The notes beneath the pieces were generated by a model. The model had not been told where the DNA came from, ran no database searches, and saw only the letters and a list, made by a program, of their open reading frames with translations. Below are positions 39,820 to 53,906 of a stretch of 64,000 nt of DNA, piece after piece. Source of the DNA: Octopus vulgaris (taxonomy: Eukaryota); assembly GCA_951406725.2 (NCBI GenBank), contig OX597822.1, positions 25,048,001 to 25,112,000 on the forward strand, given 5' to 3'. The position numbers were made by a program, and so were the translations under genes. Within the stretch, counting starts at the first letter, position 1. Every line of letters starts with the position of its first letter.

Positions 39820-40691
39820 AAAATTATAGAACAAAGTATTAAAATTCGCTCTTCCCTTCAATAAACACATTCCCTATCTCTCACTCTGTCCCTGTCTCTT
39901 GTTGTCTCTGTCTGTCTCTCACATTCCCTGTCACTCTGTCAATTCCTGTCTCCTTCCCTTCCCTGATGCTGGGGTTTAAAGTTTAATAAATTTTACCTAA
40001 TCAGAAAACAGGATTTGGAAGCTGGTATTTTCTGCATGATAGCTGTCTATCGCAAAATCAAAGCAAAATCATTCCGATGAGGAATTATTATTAAACACAG
40101 GGAAGCAAAGCATTACGACGACCAAAGTTGTAAGAACCTCTGGAGTTTTAATAAGTTTTAATGAATAAAGTCATAGGAAACAGTCGAACAAACATGTAAA
40201 TAATTAAAAAAGGAAAAAGATCGTCAAGGAAATTTTTTTGTGAAAAATTGCCAAAATATGTCCTGATCAAAAGGCATAGTCTGACAGGGAATAAACCAAA
40301 ATTTGTATAAGACATTCTATTGTAAAAATTGCCGGACAACGACAAGCTATTCATGTATGGAACAAAATGAAAGACATTATAGAAAGTGTTATAACTTTAG
40401 TATGTTGGTAAAGTTTTAATAAATCTTAATATGGTGATTTGAAAACAAATATAAAAACGTTTGTTGCTGGACATATTGTAAATGTTTTGACTGAGCATAC
40501 GATAATTAATTCACTAAAGCGTATGCGTTAAGTGATAGGTAAAAATGAAAGAGCAAAGTATTAAAATTCGCTTTCCCTTCAATAAACACATTCTCTCTCT
40601 CCCGCTCTGTCCCTGTCTCTCGTTATCTCTGTCTGTCTCTCACATTTCCCGTCTTTCTGTCTCTTCCTGTGTCCTCCCCTTTCTTGATACT
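39820..40691. repeat. ~150-bp direct repeats (39820-39970, 40542-40691) flanking a possible piggyBac transposase 3' remnant
   Basis: Shared caaagtattaaaattcgct..cccttcaataaacacatt..; interior translates with frameshifts to PLEF..MNKVIGN and C/KIC..TFYCKNC..SC..KCY (piggyBac-like Cys-rich domain, weak). Confidence 0.6.
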
Positions 40692-41934
40692 TGCCACCCT
40701 CATTATGCCATTAGGTTTTCTTCAACGGGCTATTCATATACGGAAGAAAATGAAAGACTATCTATAGTGTATTGTTGTAGTTCCCTGTGTCTCTGTCTAT
40801 TGCTATCTTCTCCCCTTCCTTACTATACAATAGGCCAACCCCCATAGGAGGCCATTATCGAATTTTATTGAAATTCAATTCGCCTATAATTGAACTGAAT
40901 GTTAGTTCAACATGTATGCAAAGTTTGGAGAGGATTTGTTTCTCTGGTATAGGCAGCAAGATGGTAGCAGACAGACATAAATTGCCATTTATATTGTCCT
41001 ATTAATGAATTTCTTTAACGTACAATAATGTAATTGCATTACTTATAATTTGTATAACAATTTGTAATCTCCTTTTGAAGATAACTTAAAACGGTCATGA
41101 GTGCTGCCAGTCCAAGTTGTTTGAGGGAGGAAGCCTTCAAGGTGTATTTCTACTGTGCAATTAGTTATGAGACTCATGTTTTGTTTTAATTTTAGATTTA
41201 ACTAGGATGATTATATTTTTTTCGTTTGCAATTTAGAAAAGTTAACAAAACAAAATAGAAAAAAAAACACGAAATAACTATGCGAAAAAGCCTAGCAAAA
41301 AAAACATACTTTTATATACATGATTATTCCAACACTTAACGTGTACATGTGTACATGCTGGTAAGAATAATAAACTTTCTTCTGGTGTTTAAATTAAGTA
41401 TCTTGACTCACCTAAGATACTTCCTCATTCTTATATCATAAGAAAGACGTTTGAAATTTTGCCAAACTTTAAAATTGCCATTTCTATATTTAACATAATA
41501 TATGTAGTTCATTCACCATGCGCTGCAAGTATTTTGTGTGGCAGCCATGTTACTTTTACTGATATTATAAGGGTGGAGTCGTAGTTCCCCGACTTGATGG
41601 GATGCTGGACTATTGGATGAAAAGTCGACAGTTCGTATTGCTATACCGTTGGAACGCTTTCTTCAGTGCCAATGTAATTAAACTGCCATCGTTCGCATGT
41701 GTTACTACTCACTGCTATAAGGTATGAGAACAGTGCAGAATTACAGCTGGTATCGTTAGTCTGTGGTACTGAATTCAATCTCTTTTTGTGCACCAGAAGC
41801 ACACTATAAGAAGTTGTTCCTATGCCTCGTCCCAGTACAGTTTGATTAGTAGTTTCAGTTAGACTTGTTATTGGATCCAAGCTTTGATACTGGCCATGGG
41901 TTTTGTGGAAATGGCTGGTGTCGACCCGTGTGTT

Positions 41935-42218
41935 AAACTCAACCTGTACCGGTGCTAACAAGCAAGATAGTTACCTAACTCCATTTGTGTAGGTACATAA
42001 GCGAGATGGTTACTTGATTCAGCATAGAAGGCACCCTCAGTAAGATGTCTACATAACCCCACTGATATAGACTCCCACAGCCAACTGGCTGCATATCTCC
42101 ATTTGTATAGGTACCCCAGAGCAGAAGATTGCCTAATTCTTCTGTTAAGACCAATACCAAACAGATGTTTATCCAAATCTACTTGTATAGGCACCCACAA
42201 TGAAATGGTTACCTAATC
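41935..42218. repeat. Degenerate ~40-bp tandem repeat, ~7 units
   Basis: Approximate consensus cagcaagatggttacctaactccacttgtataggcaccca; units start near 41960, 41999, 42038, 42078, 42118, 42158, 42198. Confidence 0.75.
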
Positions 42219-42750
42219 ATAGAGAGGGTTACTTAATACTTATATATGAACCTAACCAGATGGATGCTAACCTCACTAGTAAAGTACCTTAGGGCCCACA
42301 AAAGGGTCGATCCAGACCTCATAAGTTTCTGAATTCACGAATGCGCCTAATATGATTGTTAACATAAACACAAAATCATACGCGTTCTTTATTGGTGGTG
42401 GTGACGGGTAGAAAGGAAAATGTATAGGCGAGTATAGCGGTCAGTTTTTTACTGGGTCTACATTTTTAACAAAGACCTCCAGAAGGCTAAAAGTCAATTT
42501 TGGCGCTGATATGTGAAGGGATAAGTCTAAATACGCAAATATGCCCAACGATTACGTCGTTTCACTGCCTTTGAACACCGCCGATATATCACTCCCCACC
42601 ACCAACAACAACACTACTACCTCCACCACCATCACCACCATCACCGCCACATACAACAACAACATCACTACCACCACCAACAGCAGCAGCAGTAGCAGTA
42701 GTAGTAGCAATATTTGTAATACAATAATTCGCATAATTTATCTAATGGCA

Positions 42751-42793
<43 letters not shown>

Positions 42794-43319
42794 ATGTTAT
42801 AAACATATTCTGTCCTCTTACAACCCGTAACACAAAGAAATCGAAGGATATGGCTGAGACAGTTGCACATCGATTATGATAACTGCTAGCAAGCTTGTCT
42901 TTGTTTATACAGAAGGAAACATAATTGACTTCCTCGCTGCTAATTTGATTAATATCATTATTCTTCTAATAATGGATATTTCTGGTTAACACAATTATTG
43001 GTTAAGCGTAATATGGACAGTTGTTTAAGAAATGCTTGTCGAGTTATCGGCTCTTGCTGTCTCGATCCCCAATAAGTAACAGTTCTGTATTGCGGGTTAA
43101 TTCAATTGAATGCATCATTTTCATACGAATTTTATGATTTAGTGCAGCAGTAAACAATCTATACTATTGTTTAATCAGACAATAAGCGGAGCAGTGTGGA
43201 GATAGAATCAGAGCAGAGCGGTGTTACTTCACATAGTTTCTTCACCCTAAGTCAAACCACTTCAAAGGGCAACAGATTGGTGAAATCGTTCGAGCGTCGG
43301 ATAAAATATTTGTTGCATC

Positions 43320-43570
43320 GTGGAGGCGCAGTGGTCCAGTGGTTAGGGCAGCGGACTTGCGGTCGGAGGATCGCGGTTTCGATTCCCAGACTGGGCGTTG
43401 TGTGTGTTTATTGAGCGAAAACACCTAAAAGCTCCACGATGCTCCAGCAGGGGGTGGTGGCGATCCCTGCTGTACTCTTTCACCCCAACTTTCTCTCACT
43501 CTTTCTTCATGTTTCTTGAGTAACGCTGCGATGGACTAGCATCCCGTCCAGCTGGGGGAACACCACATAC
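43320..43570 (+). mobile_element. SINE family C-related subfamily
   Basis: A box tggtccagtgg, B box ggtttcgattcc, ctgcgatggactagcatcccgtccag; matches the reverse complement of 48750-49065. Confidence 0.85.
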
Positions 43571-43849
43571 GATAAAATAAAGTTACTAGTCAAATATCGG
43601 GGTCGATGTACTCAACTATTTCTCCCTCTCCCCAAACGTTAAAGAATGTGCCTGTTTCGCGAACAATTAGTAATACCCTTTAATCAAAGCACATGACCCA
43701 GAGGTTAGGTTGTTGGACTCACGTTTGTAAGGTGGTAAGTTCGATTTCTGGTCTGACAAGCACTCGTAATTTTGGACAAGGCATTTCATTTCATTCAACT
43801 GACAATGTGCTATGTTACAGAGTGGTGCCTCGCAGAATATTGGTTTCAC

Positions 43850-44050
43850 ATTTTGGCACAAAGTCAGTAATTTCGGTAGAGGGGATAAGTCGATTATACC
43901 GACCCCAGTGTTGAAATCTTACTTATTTTATCGACCTCGAAAGGATGAAAGGCAAAGTCGACCTCCGCAGAATTCGAACCCAGAATGTAATGACGGACGA
44001 AAATACTGCCAAGTATTTTGTCCGTCGTGTTAACGATCCTGCCACCGTCC
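43850..44050 (-). mobile_element. SINE family A, diverged
   Basis: ttatcgacctcgaaaggatgaaaggcaaagtcgacc. Confidence 0.8.
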
Positions 44051-45077
44051 TTGTCTCGTAGAATATTAACCCCCAAAACTTACTAACGCAATGTGTTGAT
44101 GACTTTTGATCGCTACAACACATTCGCAGACGATGATAATTAGACAAATACCAATCTTTAGACAAATGCCAATCTCATATATTGAAATCTGTTTTGTCTA
44201 TGGAATTTTATCTTGAGAAGAAATACATGAATCGTATAAATTCAGGACTAAATATTTAATTAATTAATCAATCATTCACGCCAATTAGCACTTACATTGT
44301 TATTTTGTAAACAATTTATCTTATAGTTCCATTATCATTATTTCCGTGTTTATTTTTAATGGTGATAAAAGTAGTAAAAAAAATATGCTACAAAGCAAAA
44401 TATATTACAAAACGAAATTTTTGATTTAAAAACAGATAGTTACACCTACTCAGTCAAAATTTACAAGAAGTAACACAGAAGACACAATTGTTCTTTAAAG
44501 ATAATTCGTACACGAAACTGATACAAATAAAAATATAATTTTTATAGATTGCAGTTATTCACGTAAAATTAACAAAAACCCATGTTAGACGGCGCCATTT
44601 CTTTTCTTGTTTTTATTAATATTTCATCCAGTGTTATTATTTTGTTTTACTTCTTCATGCGAATGCTTACTTTGAACTATAATATCTATCAAGCAGATTA
44701 GCTTGACATCGCGAAGAGAAATTTTTCAGTGCAGAACACATACGTAATGAGGTAGATAAAACAGTTCCGAAAATACAGCAAAATATTTGATGGAATTCTT
44801 GTGCTTCTTCATTTTGATATGCTTTTTTTTATTTCATCAAAACGCTGTGCAGTATACATCTACTAGACGAAAGGTCATTGATTCGATGATTTTATGTGCT
44901 AGGATGAAGCTTGACACGTTTTTCAGAATTTTCAAATGCTTTGGCAAATATTGCGTTGTAATTTTTAAGCATTGCAATTAAACACAATTTTTCTTCTGTA
45001 TATGTCAGAATGCGTGAATGATTCATAGGCGCAAGATTGGGAAGCCTGAACTGATTGAATAAAACGAATAAATCCAT

Positions 45078-45259
45078 TACTCTTTTACTCTTTTACTTGT
45101 TTCAGTCATTTGACTGCGGCCATGCTGGAGCACCGCCTTTAGTCGAGCAAATCGACCCCGGGACTTATTCTTTGTAAGCCCAGTACTTATTCTATCGGTC
45201 TGTTTTGCCGAACCGCTAAGTAACGGGGACGTAAACACAATGCTAGGGGGACAAACACA

Positions 45260-45311
<52 letters not shown>

Positions 45312-45482
45312 CATATATACGACAGGCTTCTTTCAGTTTCCGTCTACCAAATCCACTCACAAGGCATTGGTCGGCCCGGAGCTATAGCAGAAGACACTTG
45401 CCCAAGATGCCACGCAGTGGGACTGAACCCGGAACCATGTGGTTGGTTAGCAAGCTACTTACCACACAGCCACTCCTGCGCC
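45078..45482 (-). mobile_element. SINE family B, young copy
   Basis: Near-identical reverse complement of 14584-14999 with a small tail deletion. Confidence 0.9.
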
Positions 45483-45785
45483 TATTATGTTATATTGATT
45501 GAATAATCATTTTGACTTTTGTCAAAAGATGAAATCCAAGAATCGATATAAACACGTGACTAGATAATTAATCAATCAATCAGTTAATCAATCGACAATT
45601 TACGACAATTAAAACTTTCATTTTATAAAGTATGGCTGTGTGGTTTATAAGTATGTTTCGCAACCACTTGATTCAGGGTTCAGTCTGAAACCCCGATGTT
45701 TGAGTGGTACCTTGAACACGTGACTTCTACTATAGCTCTGGATCGACCAGTGCATTATTTTCTCTCTCTGATTATTTCTGTGTTC

Positions 45786-45821
45786 CTTTCTGTTGAAGAG
45801 CGTAGGCTTGAAACGTAAAAG
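45786..45821 (+). ncRNA. Minimal hammerhead-like motif, variant core (family H1), nested in a SINE B remnant (45612-46095)
   Basis: cttt-CTGTTGA-A-GAGC gtag GCTT-GAAA-CG-TA-aaag. Confidence 0.55.
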
Positions 45822-45921
45822 ACTTTCTCACTTCCCGAGCGTTAAACTAATACATCTGTTTATTGTTTACACACCCATCTTCGTCTTTTGTTTTGATTTT
45901 CTTTTTTGTTAAATTCCAACC

Positions 45922-45963
<42 letters not shown>

Positions 45964-46099
45964 AAATGTGTGTGTATGTGTGTGTTTATGTTTGTCCCCA
46001 CCATGCCGCTTGACAACCGGTGTTCATTCATTTATGTTCACATGAGGTAGCGATTCGACAAAAGAGAATTACAAAATAAAGACCAGACTTAAAATAAGG

Positions 46100-46755
46100 A
46101 TGAAAGGACAAAATTAACCTCGGTGGAGTTTGAACTCTGAACGTAAATACAAGTAACGTCTGTAAGCATTTTGCCGACTTGTTAATGATTTTGCCATCTC
46201 ATCGTATTTAGTTTTAAAATTTAGTACAAGGGTTAGGAATTTTGAGGGGAAAGCATAGTCGATACCTAGTTATTTATTTTATGGACCTTGGAAAATGAAA
46301 GGTTAAGCTAACCTCAGCTGAATTTGAACTCAGCACATAACGTGTCGGAAGAAATACTGCTAGGAATTTTGTACAATGTACTTGGTTCGCCACCCTAATA
46401 ATAATATTAGCAATCTTAACAACAACAACAACAACAACAACAATAATAACAATAATAATAATCTTTTCTACTCTAAGCACAAGTCCGAAATTTTGGGGGA
46501 GGGAGGCCAGACGATTAGATCGACTCCAGTACACAACTGGTACTTAATTTATCGACCCCGAAAGGATGAAAGGCAAAGTCGTCCTCGGCGGAATTTGAAC
46601 TCATAATATAAAGACAGACGAAATACCGCTAAGCATTTCGCCCAAGGTGCCACGCAGTGGGACTGAAGCCGGAATCATGTGGTTGGTAAGCAAGCTACTT
46701 ACCACACAGCCACTCCTGCATTTATATTTTTGCAAATCTGCCAGATCGCCGCCAA
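46100..46755 (-). mobile_element. Cluster of SINE A copies with an embedded SINE B head piece (46643-46719)
   Basis: Three central-domain units; cccaaggtgccacgcagtgggactgaa interrupts the A head, which resumes at tctgccagatcgccgcc. Confidence 0.75.
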
Positions 46756-47334
46756 TATCTAAGACAAGATTAAAGAAAATGTATCTGAGACGATATCATA
46801 CAATTACCTTACCTTAAAAGTCTCTATTACCTTAAAAGACTGCCAGTGAGTGTATGTAATATAATTGGTAATTTGGCTGTTATTTCTAGCGCATCGAGTG
46901 ACCACATTAGAAGCCCCTTCCTCACCTCTTTGATTTAGCTACTGACTTAATTTCGATATCAGTCGGACTAGCTGAAACAATCTGTGCTGTTGATAACAAT
47001 TATCTGTCTTATTATCAATGGCAGACGCTGGCTGTGGCACATGTTGAAAAAGCGTCTATTTTCATTACAAACGAAGCTTTTGAAGCAGATGTTGTGACTT
47101 GGTTTGTGTAAGAACTTGCCGCCCTTACAGCAAAAACACTGGCCAATGTAATTGGTAGTGTAGGAGCTAACTATTGTATAAAGTGCGTGTGTGTGTGTGT
47201 GGGGGGTGTGTGCATGTGTTTGTGTGTGTGTGTGTACGTGTTTGCTTGTATGTATATATGTATATATGTATGTATGTATGTACATTATTTACATTATTTA
47301 CATTTGACGGATATTTGTCCTCATCTTTGTTGTT

Positions 47335-47380
47335 AACACAACGTTTCAGCTAATATACCATCCAGCCTTCATCAGGTGTC
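47335..47380 (-). ncRNA. Minimal type-I hammerhead ribozyme motif, canonical core
   Basis: Reverse complement: gacac-CTGATGA-A-GGCTG gatggtatat TAGCT-GAAA-CG-TT-gtgtt; stem I 5 bp, loopless palindromic stem III, GUU triplet. Confidence 0.7.
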
Positions 47381-47478
47381 TTAGGGAAATTTCGAACCTG
47401 GGTATTTTCCTGAAGTATTTTTCGATGTTTAGTCGACAATATATTCACCGCACCCTGAATGTGAGTGTGTGTGTGTGT

Positions 47479-47540
<62 letters not shown>

Positions 47541-48749
47541 CAAAAATCAAAATAATGAAAAAGGTCAGTCTTCTTTCCTGTGTTTTTGGCTTCTGTGGTG
47601 TATATATTCACCCCATCCACCTAGACGAGTCACCGGTCTGTCGCAGGTTTGTTCATTTTTGCAAGCTGGGAGTACTGGAGCAACAAGATATGAAGTGTTT
47701 TGCTCAAGTGCACAACAAACCGTCCGATCCAGGAATTCAAACCAGTCTTACGACAATGAATGCAGTACCTCTAACCACTCAGCCACGCTCCTCCACATTT
47801 GTGTGTGTGTGCGCGCGCACGCACACACACATATGGAAGGACAGAATGGGGTAAGCGGAGCAGGAGAATGGAAAGGGCCACTGAAGAGATATCACATATG
47901 TGTGACTAATGATTTTCAGACAATGGACATAAGATAAAATAAGAACGATAATAATCGAGTGAAGAACGAATATATAGTGCGTGTGTTTATTTGGCAAAAA
48001 GAAAATGACCGTCCCGAAATATAACAATATTGGCCTAAGGCCAACACTTTTGGGATAGAGATTAGCAGATTACGTAGACTCCAGTACTGAACTGTTACCT
48101 ATTTTATTGACTCCGAAAGGATGAAGGGGATAGTCGAAGCCGGTGGTATTTGAACTCAGAACATAAAGTCGGAAAAAATGCCAGTAAGCAATTTTTCCGG
48201 CGCGGTAATGATTCTGCCAGCTCGCTGTCTTTGTATGCGTGTATATTATTTAAAAGTTTATTTCTCTCTCTCTCACTTTCTTTCCAGCTTCTGTTATCAA
48301 GAAAAACAGACGCTCGTTGTTTCCAGCCTAGTTGCAGGTTTATGCATATTAGGACAAGACAACCGTGTAAACAAAGACAACAGTGTAAATAAACTGGAAA
48401 CCGATCTGCAGCAACATTCGTCACGTTTTACTTCAGTTCCATTGACATATTGCACTTAGTACTTAGGAATCGATAGCATCCATTCCATATCTTCATATTT
48501 CGTATCCAGGCTGTTTGTGTTTATCTTGTAGTAATGGTAGCAGTAGTTGTTGTAATTGTTAATGTTCTTTTTTAGCCCGAGGTTAGCCTTGATCTGATTG
48601 GCTTATAATCAAAGACTTCCAAGTTACACCCATCATGACCTTCTTTGCAAAACAATGTCATCCATGACACGAAGTTATGGTTTAACTCCAGAAGATCCAA
48701 AGCGTTTCATCTGTGACCACCCCATCCTTTTTTTCATAAATAATATATC

Positions 48750-49065
48750 ATTTTTTCTGTCGTCCTTTTCAAGCCTAGCCAGGCTCATGGGCCCGGTTTC
48801 CCGGTTTCTGTGGTGTATGTGTTCCCCATCAGCTGGACGGGACGCCAGTCCATCTCAGCGTTACTCAAGAAACAAGAAGAGAGAGTGAGAGAAAGTTGTG
48901 GCGAAATAATACAACAGGGGTCGCCACCACCCCCTGCCGGAGCCTCGTGGAACTTTTAGGTGTTTTCGCTCAATAAATACACACAACGCCCGGTCTGGAA
49001 ATCGAAACCGCGATCCTCCAGCCGCGAGTCCGCTTCCCTAACCACTGGGCCATTGCACCTCCACC
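48750..49065 (-). mobile_element. SINE family C-related copy with 10-bp TSD, inserted in a family-D repeat
   Basis: ataatatatc at 48740-48749 and 49066-49075. Confidence 0.85.
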
Positions 49066-50148
49066 ATAATATATCTAGGACTACATTATCTAATATATGT
49101 CTTTCCCTTTCAAATTCAGTCCAGTCAGCCGTTACTCGCTAACATGGTAATTTGATGACATGTACCACTAATTGCTTGAGGTCCCTCTGTAGTCGTGACG
49201 GGATACAGAAGCTGTTCGGCTCCCTCATCCTTGGTGCACCAGAACAGAGATTGTGATGTGACAGATATTTCGCTGCTACCTCTAGCAGATCAAGCAATTA
49301 TATAGCGGCTCTATGGAAAGCTTATTTTTCAAGGAGTACATAAAATATCTGGCTTCTTTCTTTCATTCTTTCACCTCATTCTTTCATTCTGTCTTCATTA
49401 TTTCTTTCATTCTACTGTAGTCTTTACATTATATTCTTTTCTTTCTTACTTCATTCTTTTCTTTCACTCTTTTCTTTTGTTCTTTCTACATTTCCCTTTT
49501 CTTTTACCATTCTTCTTTCCTATTTTCATTTTCATTTTCATTTCTGACTTCTCTTGTTTCTTCCTTGCTGTTAATTCGTTCCTTCCTTCCTCCCTCTCTC
49601 TCTATCTTGTTCAGTCTCATCATTCTTTATTCTTTATTCAACTACAGCCACCCCTATCGTACCTCCCATCTCATTACTTCAGTTTACAGTTTCACAACGA
49701 AATGCCTCTATTAATCGCATCAAAGAAGATTATTTTTCCTGATATTATCTAAAAACTGGCTATCCTCCCCCCATATCCCATCACCCCTTGTTGATAGTGG
49801 GGATCTGAATTGTGATGATGGGTCCGTTTAAATAAAATAAATACTACGGTAGGTCTCCCCTTACCCGCACTCCCAAAAGTTAAATAACGCTCCTCCATAT
49901 TCGTACATTCATGTATGCATGCATACACGTATATGTACATATAAACATATATACATATATATATATACTTACATACAAACAAACATAGGTATAATATATT
50001 CATGTCTATATATATAAATAAAATCATGTGACTTAGTTATTTGTATATGCGTCCTAGTCACATTCACACATATATATGTCTGTGCGTATGCGTGCTCGCG
50101 TCTCTGCGTGTGTATACAGATATACATACATAATACATTATATATGTA

Positions 50149-50225
<77 letters not shown>

Positions 50226-50228
50226 GTA

Positions 50229-50280
<52 letters not shown>

Positions 50281-50312
50281 TATATATACATACATACATA
50301 TATATATATATA

Positions 50313-50358
<46 letters not shown>

Positions 50359-50947
50359 TTATGAGAGAGAAAGACAAAAGAAGAGAGAGTGGTGAGGGAA
50401 AATGTGAGTCGGATATACGTATGTGAGTGAGTGCGAGTATGTGTGTGTGTAAGTGTGTGTGTGTGTGTGTGTGTATGTGTGTGTGTGCATGAGAGAGGGC
50501 AAGAGAGTGAGATACAGAGGGAGTGGGTGAGAGAAATTAACGCCTATTTAACCCGATGTATACAATTTTGACAGTAAGTGTACAGTGCTGTGTGAACTTT
50601 AGTAGCGTTCACCATTAATCTCATTGTCCCATCTGATATTTAGACTTCCTACGAATAACCTCAGCAACACGTTTTACAACTACGCACTTTCTTCTTTGCA
50701 TGTCCGATATATTACAACCGCTGACTGATAATTGCGGAATTGTCTTTGTGGAATTTCGTTAGGGCACGAAAGCAGGTGAGGGTTGCAGTGCGGAGCACTT
50801 TGAGCAAGTATCTTCAACTAATGTGTCAAGGTTGGAGATAGACAGAATCTGTGCAGTAATTCATCGTGTGTGAAAGTTTTGTAAGTGTGTATGTGTATTT
50901 GTGCGTGTATGTGTGAGTCTGTGTACGCGCGAGCGATATCATAAATA

Positions 50948-51006
<59 letters not shown>

Positions 51007-51111
51007 GGTGCCCCAGCATGGCCACAGCTCATAAGCTGAAACTAGAATCAATCAATCAATCAATCATATATATATATGTTGTATATATATACATACACAC
51101 ACACATATATG

Positions 51112-51189
<78 letters not shown>

Positions 51190-51224
51190 GTAAATGTAAT
51201 ATGTGACAATTATTCGGTAGCCAT

Positions 51225-51287
51225 GAAAAAAACTCCGAGTTTTGGATGACGTGGTGGAAATCTACGCCGCCATCTCTTCAGTTACCC
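51225..51287 (-). ncRNA. Decayed hammerhead motif with long stem II
   Basis: Reverse complement: gggtaa-CTGAAGA-GATGGCG (16 nt) CGTCATC-c-AAAA-CTC g GAG-TT; GAAA appears mutated to AAAA. Confidence 0.5.
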
Positions 51288-51662
51288 GGCCATCGAAAGA
51301 ATCGAAAAAATCATATAAAAATCAAAGGTGGTAATAATTTCTATAGAAAAACTGTAGAGACAACTTTAGCAAGTGATGTAATAGCACTGCTAACACAGAA
51401 GAATACAGTATTGGCTTGCAAAAACGTTTAAATACTTTATAATATATTATGGTTGCATAACGGAGTACGGTGTCCTTACAGGGCATTAGTATATACATAT
51501 ATATATATGTGTGTGTGTGTAAATATATACACAACAGGCTTCTCTCAGTTTTCGTCTACTACATCCACTCACAAGGCTTCGGTCGGCTCAAGGCTATAGT
51601 AGAAGGCACTTGCAGAACCTGGAACCATGTGGTTAGGAAGCAAGCTTCTTGCCTCGCTTGCA

Positions 51663-51713
<51 letters not shown>

Positions 51714-53145
51714 ATATATACATATGTATATATGCATGTATATATTCTTTCAAATTTTAACATCTTCTCTCCTCCAATTTTAACAAATTTGTTGAGTTTT
51801 GTGGGATACCTTTCCGTAAATTCACACAACACACCATATACAAATATTATTTTCATATTCGCAGACTTACGCCAGTAAGTTACTAGCAAAATATGAAGAA
51901 TCTTTATTAGAAATCGTGTTTTGGAATCCTCTAAATTAAAGGACGAAATATAATTGAACCTTTTCACACACACACACACACACGCTCACTCACACGTACA
52001 TATGTATATCGCTGTGTTATCTCTCATGAGTAATAATGTTCTATATATATATATATATAATTTTGAAAACCAAGGAAAATATCCCATTCGCCCCTGAAAG
52101 GGATCCAAGGGAAATAACCCATTCATTTTCCTAAATTATTTGGTAATAGTAGTTCCATACAGAACTACAATTGCTGGCCTTGTACCAAAATTTGAAATCA
52201 ATTTAAAAATTTGAAAGTAATGATAGTACGACAATAGTAAAGTCTTTGCAGAGTAATTGAAAACTACCACCTGAAATGAATATTTTTTTAAACAATTGAA
52301 CGTCAGAATCTTATGTTTGATAATAGATAATTCAAATATAACAAAATAAACAGTTCGAAATTGGTTTCATCGATTGCTAGTAGATAAAGATTAATATTCT
52401 GTTTTTCAACATTTGTTAATGTTTTGTGTGCATTAATAATTCTGATCAAGTATAATGTTTCTATTTGAATTGAATGTAATACAGAATAAAAGTTATTTGG
52501 CAATAGACAAGTTCTGTATCTCGTACGTGTAATAGTAATATATAGTTTAAGATGGTCGTTTAGCAGAGTCGTTAGGGCACCGAATAGATTAGTTTACGGA
52601 ATTCGTATCGATTCTCTACGCTCCGACGAGTTTAAATCATACTGCAATCACATTTGCCTTTCAAATTTTCGGGGTTGATGAATAAAGTATGAGTCCTATA
52701 TTGAAATCATTTCTTCTCCTCTAACTCGTTCTTTTTTTCGTCTGACTCTCACTCATTTATAAGAGATCGGCTGTAGTCAGACATGGATAGGAATGGGTTT
52801 CACCGGGGTTAAAAAATTGTTTAAGACACGCTGTATATCACGATGGCCGTTTTATAATTCCATGAAACAATTGTGGACCCCAGGCAATGCATAATCAACT
52901 AGCGATAGTAATTAATTAAATAACTCAAATATTTTAAAATACTTAATAGATCCGTATGTATGCATACATACATGCATACAAATCTGAGATTCTTACGTGA
53001 ATAGAAGCACACACTTGGGTGTGTGTATCAACAGTTCAACTAACACATCAAGTCAATGACATATTTACAAATGCCGGAAACTCTTGTCGCTTAGCAACCG
53101 GCTTGAATTCTCTGAAGAACTTAAATTAAACTCAAAGAAAAATCA

Positions 53146-53530
53146 TACATACATACATACATACATACATACATACATACATACATACACACATACACAC
53201 ATACATACATACACACATACATACATACATACATACATACATACATACATACATGCATGCATGCATACATACATACATACACACATACATACATACATAC
53301 ATACACACATACACACATACATACATACATACACACATACATACATACACACATACATACATGCATACATACATACATACATACATACATACATACATAC
53401 ATACACACATACACACATACATACATACACACATACATACATACATACATACATACATACATACATACATACATACATACATACATACATACATGCATGC
53501 ATGCATACATACATACATACATACATACAC
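53146..53530. repeat. (TACA)n-based compound microsatellite
   Basis: Direct observation; source of the HTYI/MYVC ORFs. Confidence 0.97.
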
Positions 53531-53648
53531 ACTAAAACACACATATATATTTACATAAATATATGTGTGTGTGTGTGTATACATATATATTATATATCTA
53601 AATGTATTGTATGCATATATATATATGTATATATATATGTGTCTGTGT

Positions 53649-53703
<55 letters not shown>

Positions 53704-53795
53704 ATATCTAAATGTGTATATATATATTATGCATGTATATATATGCGTGTGTGTATGCGTATGTATATATATGTATGTAAATATTAAGTATATTC

Positions 53796-53841
53796 GACAG
53801 CCTGAGGAAGGCCAGCAGGTTGAAACTTCGAAGTCACTGTT
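53796..53841 (+). ncRNA. Minimal type-I hammerhead ribozyme motif
   Basis: gacagc-CTGAGGA-A-GGCC agca GGTT-GAAA-CTT cg AAG-TC-actgtt; GUC triplet, palindromic stem III; stem I has a C.A mismatch next to the core. Confidence 0.65.
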
Positions 53842-53906
53842 ATATTTAAGGGTAAAAGTTTGATAAACATGTACTCTACTAGAAAATAGTGTGTAATTCT
53901 TTAGTT

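Noticed and set aside
41935-42218. CRISPR-like periodicity
   Set aside because: Contiguous degenerate units with no unique spacers, no cas genes, eukaryotic context
53084-53863. Longest ORF (259 aa) and the many [20 protein letters not shown] ORFs across the window
   Set aside because: Translations of TA, TACA, CA and TATC microsatellites that lack stop codons; open in several frames and on both strands
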